Shown: one piece after another, positions 26,300 to 37,314 of the stretch
Position numbering within the stretch: position 1 is the first letter of the stretch
How the letters are laid out: each line of letters begins with the position of its first letter
Origin: Haplodiscus bocki
Taxonomy: Eukaryota
NCBI GenBank assembly: GCA_965655095.1
Contig: OZ296648.1
Location: 71,052,001-71,116,000, forward strand
Reading direction: 5' to 3'
DNA length: 64,000 nt
Translations under genes and position numbers: made by a program
Notes under the pieces: model-generated
Database searches by the model: none
The model's input: only the letters and a program-made list of their open reading frames with translations
What the model was told of the DNA's origin: nothing

Positions 26300-29200
26300 T
26301 GTTTTCCATGTCTAACACAAAGATGCACTAAAAAACTTGTGCTCCAAGCACGTTAAAACTTGTCCTTAGCATCTTGTGTTTGATTAAATTTGAATATGTG
26401 GCTGAGCCATTAAACATTCGAGTGAGATTGATTGCACTGGCTCAGCACCTGTATTCTCGAGGATTTAAACTCATCATGAAACTTCGCATCAGGTGAATAG
26501 TGACAACGAGACAACTATAAAAACAAAAGGCAGCAACTTTTTTGAAGAACCAGGATCTAACAGTTAACTACTCTCGGACTAGTTTCGATTTGGGCTATAT
26601 CAAAAATGAATATGGCAGAGAAAGGCATGGTAGCATATATGAAACACTAAACGGATGACCACTTAAAGTTACTGAGTTGGAAGAGTTTGGGCGTCGATCC
26701 ATTCAAGACCATTGTCCAAGATTGATAAGCTAAGCTTCCTTACTCAGCCAGCTTCTTCTGGGACCCATTCTGAGATCAGTTGTTGCTTTCGATTGCTGCC
26801 TAATTTCCACTTATACGGTGAAATATATTCTCTCAGTACCACCGCTTTCAGTTGGGGCTGACTGTTCATCAGCCTGTGTTTTAGGCAACTGTCTTCAACA
26901 GTACCTGGAGAGAATCAAAGAACCAGATCGATTAGGAGCGTTTGTTCAAGCTCTCATAAGCAACTATCGGAGAGCATCTATTGGTAAAGAAGTTACCAAC
27001 TCCAGTTGTATATCAATTTTAAAGTTGTTTTCCAATTAATGCAGAAGTTTGACATTAACCAGATTCATAATTCTCTGCAGATTCACAGCACCAAGGCGAT
27101 AAACGGAATGGTCAGTCTGCGGTCAAATTAAGGCAATTGAACAAATTGGAAGGTCCCAAAGACTGATTGGTATATTTTATTGTCAGCAGACATTTGATTG
27201 CTTTGTTGGTCCAGCAGGTTGCTATATACATGCCACCACTGCTACCCAAGGTTCCATGATTCAATTTTGCGATCATTTAGTTGGGCTATGTGTCCAAGTT
27301 CTTCTCTGGTCTCCGCTCAGACGGTTTGTACTGTGGTAGCAGCAGTGAATGCTGCAAGCAACCTAGGTTTCACTAACTTTGACAAAACTGCCCTTCTAAC
27401 TATGAAATAATTGGAAGTTGGTCAATTCTGTTCCAACCTGCCAGCATTGATTCAAGTTACTTATTTTTGGATTTCGTGGTGGAGTGTTCTTGTGAGATTC
27501 CAAAAACTCAAGTTCGCCCTTGATGATACTCAAACAATGGGCATTTGTTACATTGGTGCGACTCCTCATTAAACGAAACAATGAGAAGCACAGTGTCTGC
27601 AGAAACAAAAGATAATTGAGCCAAACGTTCAGCGTTGGTGACGTTCCAGTGCAGAAGAAGATAAGTTACTTTCCATGCGACCGTTTGTGTCCTGACTTTC
27701 TTTTTCAAAATTCTGGATTCCCGCTGTTTTATTTCGACATTTCTCAAAACAGTTACACAAATTGTTGATACCTTGTGCACATCGCATGGAAGATTGTAAT
27801 GCTGAGGGTCCATGATGATTACTGTTTTTGCCTTCAAGCTCACCAACGCATCTTGTTGAGTTTCCCACAGTAAGGTCTTTCGGGAGGCAATCTTTCACAG
27901 CAACAGAATTGTCTTGTAACATGTAGTCAGCACACTCATGCAGCAACTCTAAAAGTCCAATTTTTTCAGTCAATTTGGCGCCGAAAAATTCATGCGTTTC
28001 GGCAAAACGCTGTGAGCTGAATTGGAAACCAGTCTCTGTGAAGCAGAGATCATTATCACTGAAGGTCCAGCTGCAGTATGCATCAAACCTCAAACAGTGA
28101 CCATTTGTTGGTGTGCAGGGAATGCCTATACAAAAAATGCATTGGGGTCAGAGTGAGTCTTCAGGGACTGCAGTGGTGAAGTATGAGTTTACACAACGGA
28201 TCTTTTCGTCAAGAAATTTTGTCCGCAAGATCTTCCTGCATTAGCACCTTGGGTTTTGCTTTCTTCTCTATGCCAGCCATTAGCAGTAGTACAAGTACCA
28301 ATCCTGCAAATTTCAAATTGTTTTGTTTTCTTTCCACTTGATGGTTTGCAAAGGGTTGAACTACAGTAGTGTCTACTATTCTCGGTGCGTCACCTGAGTT
28401 TCCAATCGTCCCTTACGTTTCAAGTAAACATCCAGGGAAACAATCGCTGGTTCTCTATTGGGTTGTAGCACTTCATGAAACTCGACATTGTTTGGGACCA
28501 ATCATTATCAAGATTTTCTGGAGCCTCTGACAGACCAAAGAGTTCACAAGAGTTTATCCGCTTGCACCGCCGCATTTGCTGCAACTTTTGGGGCTACAGT
28601 TTTTGCTGGCTTTGTATTGTAGGCAACAATGCATTGCAACGCCGTTCCTTGGTATTGTTCTCGCGTTCTAAAGATTTTTTGGGCAAAGAACAACAAATCT
28701 CGGGCAGTGTCTGGCTACTATAGGAAGCGTTCTTCGGCTTACATGCCTACGATTGTCCAGTGTACATCCTGATTTTTGAATCTGTGTAATAGGTTCTGCA
28801 ATATTTTATGGCGGTGAACCTGTGGCAACTCCCGAGCATAGCTTTTATCTGTGTAAAGTTTTAACTTGTCGACGCAATGAAGTTTTGACTCTCCTGGTCT
28901 TTGGTCTATGTCGGAGCAAGGATTCCTCATCTAGACTTTATTGGTTTTCCCCCCAAATTTACGCGAAAAGATTTGGAACGTGGCAAAAGTTCTTTTTCCT
29001 GGATTTCAGGCGTAGCTTTGTTGCGAAAGAAGTACCTGCCTTCAGCTTCCAAGTAGTTGATCAGCGTCTACACCTCCGGTGGGTATGCTTTGGAGGGATG
29101 AGAATCCATCCATCCACATTTCCATTCTCAGCTCCATTGAAGACTGTGTGTTTGACTTTCATGTCACATCTTTAGTCTATGCAATTTTTTGGTGATCGTT

Positions 29201-30104
29201 TGAACAATAGTGTCGATCATTTATTTGGTCCCTTCGATGCCAGGCTTTTGGGCAGCTGCTCCGAGTTGCCTTAGTTCTTTGTTTACTTCAGGCAAGTCAA
29301 CGTTGAGTTGGCTCCCTAAGTTCACATTTCTTCAACCGACCTTTTAGTTTCTTCTTTCTGGTGCTGGAAAACGAGTTTGAAAAACATCTGAGGCAAAGCC
29401 TTGATTTTCTGCAGTTGTATTGTAGGGTTGCATTTGCGTTCATCTCCCAATGGCTGTGGCATAGATGCGGGCCATGGCTGCCGTTCCAAAGTTCCTGGTT
29501 GATGATTCTGACTGTATAAAAGTCGTAGATTCGACACTGTGGTCTTTGGCTCTGAGCTAACAGCACACAGCAGCGTGCGCGTGCTGGCTGCTGCGGGTGT
29601 TCGTTCCGACTTCCATCGGTTTGGAGGTATTTAATGGCCTCGAAAATTTGTTTGATTTCAACATTGATACACAACTGTAGTTTGAAAAGCCGCTATGTTG
29701 ACGTCGAGAATGTTGAAGGCATCTTGCACACGATCCATACGTCGTTCATTCTCGAAATTTTTACACTCAGCAGCCTGTGTGCGTTATGAGTTCTCACCTT
29801 TACGAATTTTGAACTTCCGGCGAAGTTCTTCCATTTGTTGGTTTCGACTTTTTTGTCTTTTTCATACTTCCATTAAAATGAATCCATTTTTTGTTTCTTC
29901 CTTTTCTTTACGCGGTTCAGCGTCCTCAATCCTGCATAATTTCTTCCCATGATTATCAGGGGATCAGAAAGCGAACTTTAGATCGTTACGATACTGTTAA
30001 GACATTTGGGCCTTCTTAAAGTATAACTCCGACTAACTGGTTTTTCATTTTCTAAAACAGAATAATCCAGCAGTCGGAAGTCAATTCTACTGGCCGGGTT
30101 GCCA
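26300..30104 (-). mobile_element. decayed Gypsy-like LTR retroelement remnant (gag-like region, degenerate primer-binding site); boundaries approximate
   Basis: Minus-strand 29000-28650 reads ...FSRKFGG...DIDQRPGESKLHCVDKLKLYTDKSY..., the Q-x-P-G-E-S motif of retrotransposon gag, with stops. TGGCAACCCGGCCAGTAG at 30104-30087 resembles a tRNA-Arg PBS (14/18 to TGGCGAGCCAGCCAGGAG, recalled from memory). GC content is higher than in the flanks. No LTR pair or RT motif found. Confidence 0.5.
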
Positions 30105-30670
30105 ATATTAGGATTGCAAGTGTTTCTCAAGATCAATGGGACTGGAAAAAAACAAGTTGCGTTTGGAGTGATCAAACCAAATTTCACTTCTTCGGAGGCT
30201 CTGACCCTTGAAATTGGTTAGGGAGAAAATGGCTGAAACGTCGATATTCTGTGCAAATTGTACAGTTCACCGGTCTGAATGCAATCAGGATCGTCCTGCT
30301 GGCTGATGGTATCACTAAAAATTTTGAGGTATCAAGGTCTGGGGTTCACTGGGGAAAAAGTCGCTCTCCGAGTTAAGTTGTCAATTTTGCTTCTCATCGC
30401 CTACCTCTGAATATTGCTTTTGGGCTTGCAAAATTTTTCTAGGGCTGGGCAATGATATGAAATGTTTCACAGTTTAATAAAAAAGCGATAGTGATGTTGC
30501 TGAGGTTCAATTATTTGTAGAGATGCAAAATTTCCAGTTCCGTTCATATTTTTCAACTAGCAAGTTTTCATTTTTTTTAGGAAGAGGCTTATGTAATGAA
30601 GCTTGTAAGATATTAAGAAGAGCAAAATGCAAAATCATGTATAGCTCAGCTACAGAGTGTATAAGCTCAC

Positions 30671-30923
30671 CCTTTCTGCTAGAATGGACGAGACAGCAAT
30701 GGAGATCTGGAAAACTTGTTGAGTGGAGCCTTCTGCCACTGCAGAGTCTATCAACCCTCCGTCACTCAAAATTGACTCCTTTGCCGCACGTAGCATGTCA
30801 TCGGCATTTTCCATTGGCTGCACGGTAACATTGAAATAGGTAGCCGTAGATGCGAGATATCTGTCAACTACGTGCACGCATAAAAACACCACGTAGCCAG
30901 TTGCTGCACTGCCTAGGGGAACT
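30671..30923 (-). CDS. PKD1-like exon: C-terminal part of the REJ domain
   Basis: VPLGSAATGYVVFLCVHVVDRYLASTATYFNVTVQP...ISIAVSSILAER matches the REJ pattern LPxG...Y...V-x-V-x-D...V-x-V. tttcag acceptor, GTGAGC donor. Confidence 0.85.
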
Positions 30924-31500
30924 CTGAAACAAACAGTGCTAGTTGATCAAAAATGTATATTTTGCTAGCATTCGGAAAGTAAAATATTCTTCATCAACTT
31001 GTTCAATCAAAGATTTTTCAGAAGTTGAAATATTAATTGATCCGCAAGTTAGGATGCGCATATTTTTGGTGGTTTTCGAATGCGGCCTTGAATATGAAAT
31101 AGAGACTCCGGTATGGGAATACTACTTTTTACTTTTTGCGTTCCATTGGCTTTGTTAGTCAATTTTACAGTTTTTCATGAAAAAGAAATCAGAAGTCAAA
31201 ACAGCGCATACAGTTGTGATTTTAATCGAGTTGAGCTCCTGATTAAAAATCCGAAAATCTCAACAAAATAAGACGCTTAGAAAAAAGTAGAAGGAGCAGA
31301 AGTCTCTTCGAATATTGACAGGAATACAAAAAATTTTATTTACTTTGATCAATTGAAAATTTGATCAATATTTAAGAGTTTCAAGACCCCATTTTAAGCA
31401 TTTTCACCGCTTTTTCACGTTTTCCATTTTCAATGGTTACCTCATGATATTCTCAAAACTTTTCGGTTAATTAGGTCCACCGTCAATGCCCAAAGATCAG

Positions 31501-33067
31501 ACCGGTTCAATATAATGGCCGAAATTTTTCCGGTATAAAGGCGTTAGCGGCGGTCAAAATTAGCCACAGAAGCCGTTATTAACCGGATAAATAGCGTCGT
31601 TAACGGCGTTGAACCGGAAAAATAGCAGCATTAACGGCGTTTAATCGGAAAAATAGTGGCGTTAACGGGGTTGAACCAGAAAAATAGCGGCGATAGTTTC
31701 CGCTGCTATACCAAAAAAATACCGGCCAATTTTTAACGCTGGTATATCGGAAAAAAACGGTGACCACTTTCTCCGTCATTTAAATCGCAACACCTGGGAG
31801 CTTCATCTTCCCAGTTGAAATCAACTAGAGCGAACAACAGCGTCTAAAAGGAAAGACTATGAGCTATTGAACCAAAATATTAAAAAGTAAAGCGAAAAAA
31901 AACTTGGTTCAACTTATAACAGTCGATAAATTCCAACTCACAAATCCAGTCTGTAAAAGTTCAAATTTTGTATAGTATTTTCTGGTCGTGCCATGTTCAC
32001 TGACGCTGGTAGGGCTACCACGTGCAGGCGCAAAGTCAAAGCCATATGATAACAAGCAAGAAGTACAAAAATGAAAGACCTTCCGAAAATATTTGAACGG
32101 GAAAACAGTTTGAAGATTTCAGACGCCAAAAAAAACAGAAATATTAATCTCGACCTTTCGGAAAGAAGATCAGTGGAATACAAGGAACCTAAAGACATCA
32201 ATTGAACATGGCGTTTGTAAACAGTAAGAAATAAACTAAAAAAACTTGAAAAAATATTCAAATCAAAAATTTTGGAACTTTGCAAGACTAGATTTAAGAA
32301 GTCAACTCCTGACATGTTCAACTTTTATGTAGTTTTGGCTGGTCATGACATGGTCACTGACTCTGACAGGGTTACCATTTTCAGTCGCAAAGTCAAAGCC
32401 CCTTTATTACAAACAGAAAGTACAAAAAATGAAGGTCGTTCCGAAAACATGGGTTTCACCGAAAATCCGTTTGAAGACTTCAGAGGAAAAAATTTTGAAA
32501 AAGAAACAATACTCTCGACCTTTATGAAACAACCTAGTGGAATGCAGGACCCTAAATGGAACAGTTGAATTTGGAACTTACAACCGGATGCAAATAAACT
32601 CTGATTATTCTGAGAGAAGGATTCAGATTAAAACTGTCAAAACTTCCGCAAGACTCCAACTAGTCAAGTCGTAATATCTTCAACATTTTTGTACTCTTGT
32701 TTGGCCATGGCAAGTTCAATGACACTACCAGTGCCGCCACGTTCAGGCCAGGACTCCAATCTTTTGCAGATCTTCCACACTTTCGAGGAAATATGCTTTA
32801 AAACCTCGCAATCCTTTGTCAAAAAATGATTAACCATGAGTTTCTCATTATTCATGGAGTGAGAAAATTAGATTTTTTGCAGACGCCTAGTATTTTCTGG
32901 TATAACACTGTTAACGGCGTTCAACCGGAATGCTTAAGACATTAACAGCGGTGCTTGTCGTCATAAAGACATTAACGGCGATTTGCTACTAAGTTAGCGG
33001 CGTTAGAGGCGTTTACGCCACTATACCGCAAAAATAGCGGCGTATGCCCGAAAATGTTCGACCCGGG
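31501..33067. mobile_element. CMC/EnSpm-like element, family E (TTAACGGCG subterminal repeats) with an internal ~360-bp tandem repeat
   Basis: ACCGGTTCAATAT...ATGTTCGACCCGGG with AG/AG flanks. ~30-bp TTAACGGCGTT/CCGGAAAAATAGC units at both ends; internal units start near 31984, 32341 and 32703. Confidence 0.72.
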
Positions 33068-34157
33068 AGGGAATAGAACTTTTGGTGTCGAAAACTTTCC
33101 AACAGGGAAGGGGACTCACGGTTTTCAATGGACAAATTATGCAACATACATGTAATACGATGAACAGTACACCAAGGAAATCAAAAGTTTTCAGCGAGAT
33201 TCACAGCTGAAAGACAGTTCCAAAACTTTCATCTGTTTCCTTTTTGAGTGATGAGACTTTGGAATTTGCCAAATTGGGCAAAAACAACCAGATTAGAGAG
33301 TAGCCAAACCTTTTCACAAATAATGCAATTACAAAACAGAAAGTATCAATGATAAACTTTCATTAAAAACCCAAGAACTTTTAGGTGCTATCAGTTTCCT
33401 GTGAAAACGTTTTTTTAGAAATTGGCTTCCAATTTGTTCCATGTTTTCTCAAGAGTTTACACGAGTAAAGTCACCCCAGTAAAGTGAGCTGTTTCAGGTC
33501 AAAATACAACCAGTGACACTACCAGATTTCAAAACACTACCTGAAAACAAACGTAACTGTCCCTTGTGGTCACGAACGATGATACAATTCAATGCATCGC
33601 AATGGTGCACTAGACAAAATATGACATCCTCTCATTGCCACGTTCCATAATTAATTTGAACCAAATATTGCTGATTGAATCAATCACTTATTGAGGCTTT
33701 GAGCGAAGCGAGAAGCCTTTATCGTTTATCACTAACTAGGGTTATCTTTTTTTAACATTTGCGTGACATTTTTGGAAGTTCTTTTTTTGAAACCTCATAA
33801 ATTTTTTGAGAAGAAATTCCAAGTTGTCAGATTGCTAAAACAAGTCAGGGAGTGAATCAGGCTTCCTGATAGCGCAATTTTTTTTTCCGCTGCTGAGCTA
33901 TTGATGTTTATAAGGCTAAAAACTGGGCATTTTTGCCCACAGAGTCAGTTGCCCTTTGTGTTTAAAAACTTTGATGCCCAATTGTTTGTGACTTAATGGT
34001 TCAACTGACCTACTATAGGTGCTAATATGCACCCATTGTTATGACTGAAAAGACCCAAGACTTTTGCCTGCCGAAAAGTTTTAGTCGTCGAAAAGTCGAA
34101 AAACTGGCTAAAATAATGTGAGAAACGCTGTTTTTTTCAGGAGGCGAGGAGTACTTC

Positions 34158-34890
34158 AGTAGTGTAAAAAAGGCATATGAGGCCAGCCGCGCGCGTTGCA
34201 CTTTTTAACATAAAAGTAAAGAATTAAAAATTCATAGCAGAATCCCTACACAACGGCATGATTATAGAACAAAATATAAAATAAAAAATAACTACTTAAT
34301 AATGGGGTAGAACAGGCTAGAATAAGAATTAAGTGAATTTACAAACTTATGTTAAATTGAAATTGTAAAACTAAGTTAATTTATAAAATTATGTTAGATT
34401 ATAAACTTATGTGAAATTGAATATAAAAAATTAATGAAAAAACAGTGAAAATTAAGTAAATATTATTCAAAATAGGTAATACTTAAATGAAAATACACTA
34501 TATCAATTATGTGAAATTACGAAAATTCAATTAGGTGTAAGAATAATATAAGAAATAATATAAAATATACATATACTTTGTGTAGGATAACTCTGCTATG
34601 AATTTTTTAGTTTTTATTCATGTTAAAAAGTGCGATCCCTTGCGACTAGCCTCATATGCTTTTCTATACACTACTCAAAAAACAAGTGAAATTATAAATG
34701 TATGTCAAATTGTAGACTTATGTTATATTGTGAATTTATGATAACTTCAAAAATAAAGTGAATATATAGAATTTTGATAAAATATAAAAATAGACAGATT
34801 ATAAAATTAGGTGAAATTCTAAGATTATGTTAAAATGTAAACTTTTAACATTATGATATTTTACAAAATTACTTCAAATTATATCATCAC
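34158..34890 (+). repeat. left TIR of the Polinton, with a nested inverted terminus (34570-34675) and ~20-bp AT-rich repeats
   Basis: Reverse complement of about 47420-48035; repeated TTATGTGAAATT-like units. Inner boundary approximate. Confidence 0.88.
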
Positions 34891-35061
34891 TCCCAAGGTT
34901 TACTTTTAATATTATTTTCATAATATCGTTTATCACCAAATGGAGATAGTTCACATTTTTTTACTCGCTGAAGATACATTTCATGATTGAGTGAACGAAT
35001 AGAATAATTATCAGGAACAAGAGGAAATATTTTTGTTTCAAAAAATCTCAGACAAATAAAT

Positions 35062-35598
35062 ATGGCTTACTCTTGTGGTGTATGTGATGAAACAATTAAA
35101 CCGAAATCAAAAATTAATCGTATTAGGTTTCTCTCGATTAATCAATATGAAAAATATTTTCAAACAAATCATACCATTAAAAATCCTGATTTCTTTGACA
35201 TGGATAAAACATTTAATGACTATATCACTAATCATAATTAAAAATTTGATTTATATCTTGTTAAATGTGGTTTTAAATTAGTTTTTAATAATTTCTCTCC
35301 TGATACTAAAAAGGATTTTTATCATAAGACCACAATTATTAACTTGAAAAGATAATTACTATATTTGGTTGGATATTTTATGCTAAGAGGATATATGTTT
35401 TCATAGATTAACGAAACAAAGATTTGAACTTTTAGTGATAAAAGGTATAAGTAGTACGAAAACTAAATTAAACAGCCTATGGAAATGGTTGAAATGAAAA
35501 TAGGTATGATAACTGCTGAAAATCCACATCCAATAAATTCTCTAGATGGAAACTTCAATCATCCTTTAAATATAAAATATAGTGATATATCTCTTTAA
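35062..35598 (+). pseudogene. Polinton accessory gene with an N-terminal CxxC zinc-finger-like motif
   Basis: MAYSCGVCDETIKPKSK..., then frameshifts and stops. Confidence 0.55.
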
Positions 35599-35793
35599 AA
35601 ACTATTAATTGCATGTGTTAAATACTAGAGATGATTATGAGAATTTTGTTAATTGTACAAACAATGAAATTGAAGATATTAATATCTTTTTTAATTGTTT
35701 ACTTTTATCCATCCCAAGTAGTATACTTTTACAGTGTCTTTCCAGTTTAATTATATGAACAATTCTCGAACTTTTACTAACTAATAAATGATA

Positions 35794-36480
35794 ATGGAGA
35801 AATTTCTCTAACCAACTCATCCTGCTCGCTGTATCAATAGCGAACCATCTGAATGTGGAAAATCAGTATTTCTAACAAGTATCTACTCACCATCTCTACA
35901 TCAAGATTTATATCAAAAATTAATTAAATGTTTCAGTAACTATAAACCAATTCACATATTACCAAACAATTTAATTGAGGGGGATATAATTTTAGTATTT
36001 GAAGAAATAGTTAATGATAGAGACTTTCAAAAATCAGATACTGAAATAGAAACATATGAATCAATAGGGGAACTAAAGTATCCACAAGAAAATGAAGACG
36101 GTGGTGTTTTTTTCGTGGATGGTGTAAATGAAGAAGAAACGAATGACCTTCGAGTAAAAGCGATGTTTAAACGATCCAGACATAATAATTTAACCATTTT
36201 CATAATCAATCAAGATTACTATGAGCTTCCTAAAAAGACGATTCGCGCTAATAGAAATATCTGTCACATATTCAAAACCACCAATTTCAGAGATGTGCAA
36301 AATCTTTATCAAGAAAAATCTTCAATGGATTTGACTCTCAACGAATTCAAACACTTAAACTCTACTTCTTGGAACGAAAAATATCAAACCCTCACCATCG
36401 TTTTGAATAAAGATAAATATACAGGTCGATATCGATTGGAATTAAATTCAATATTTGTTCCAGATAGCAATCCTTTTTAA
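35794..36480 (+). pseudogene. A32/FtsK-like DNA packaging ATPase
   Basis: Single frame with one early stop. Walker A EPSECGKS (35842-35865), degenerate Walker B VFFVDG, and RSRHNNLTIFIINQDYYELPKKTIRAN (R-H...Q...P-K...I-R-x-N signature of viral packaging ATPases). Confidence 0.9.
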
Positions 36481-36589
36481 GTTAAAGAAATAAGTATATA
36501 TCCTAAGGTAACTAAACAAGATTTGATTAATTTGTCTAAACTAGCTAAGCAACAGAAAAGTCAACTAGCAACTAAAATAAATTTAGAAT

Positions 36590-36910
36590 TGTTGGAGTTG
36601 GTGTTAATACTGATTATGGATTAAATGACGACATTGACCAATATTGTGATCTTAATTTATTTTATGAAGGTTATGTTGGAGAAGAACTATTTAATTCTTT
36701 TATAAGTTATACTGATATGCAAAAAAAAATTTCCCATTCAAGTTAAAAATCTTAGATTTCAAGTTCACCTTTTTGATCCAAAGAAAAATCAATTATTTGA
36801 AGAATATAGAGGTGCTACTGATAATGCTCGATTGTTTTTGATATTACTCAGACATAGAGAATTTTAAATGATATCGGATGGAATTAAATTGCTGAATTAC
36901 TGTTATTTAA
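36590..36910 (+). pseudogene. probable C-terminal remnant of a capsid-like protein, fused by deletion to the 5' stub of another gene (36490-36585)
   Basis: ...LFYEGYVGEELFNSFISYTDM...PIQVKNLRFQV...PKKNQLFEEY...ARLFLILLRHRE.MISDG. It has no start of its own and sits between ATPase and protease, where capsid genes are expected. Assignment is by recall and position, not by search. Confidence 0.45.
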
Positions 36911-36911
36911 A

Positions 36912-37285
36912 ATGATAAAACTTAACTTAATTGATTTTATGAAAAAATATAATTCGAAAAATCATACTATGAATGAACGTGAATTACAAAGAGTTTATAA
37001 TCATCCTATTTGTCCTAGGTATTATAAAATTTATTCCAATAAAGGATTTGTAAAAAATGACATTGGTAGTGTGGGTGGATCTCCTTGGACTTGTTTTATA
37101 GTAAAAGATAACAAATCCTTTTGTTTTGATAGCTTCGGTGGAGCTCCAGATAAATTTTATTAAACCAATTACCCGAAACCAATTATATATCAAAATTACA
37201 AAATTCAAGATATAAATTCTAGATTATGTGGATTCTATTGCTCATAGGTCTTCTATTAATTGAAAGAATGAACTACTATGATGCT
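36912..37285 (+). pseudogene. adenain-like (C5/Ulp1-fold) maturation cysteine protease
   Basis: GGSPWTCF (catalytic His replaced by Pro), FDSFGGAPD, and after a frameshift IQDINSRLCGFYC (oxyanion Gln and catalytic Cys). Confidence 0.88.
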
Positions 37286-37314
37286 GTTTTTAAAAATGTA
37301 ATTTGACCAATTAT

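Noticed and set aside
31560-31760. ~30-bp periodic repeats as a CRISPR array
   Set aside because: Units are degenerate and contiguous with no unique spacers, there are no cas genes, the context is eukaryotic, and they are subterminal repeats of a TIR element.
33490-33540. Possible upstream REJ exon (GSVLKSGSVTG) after a tttcag acceptor
   Set aside because: No donor in the phase required by the 30923 acceptor; too short to support.
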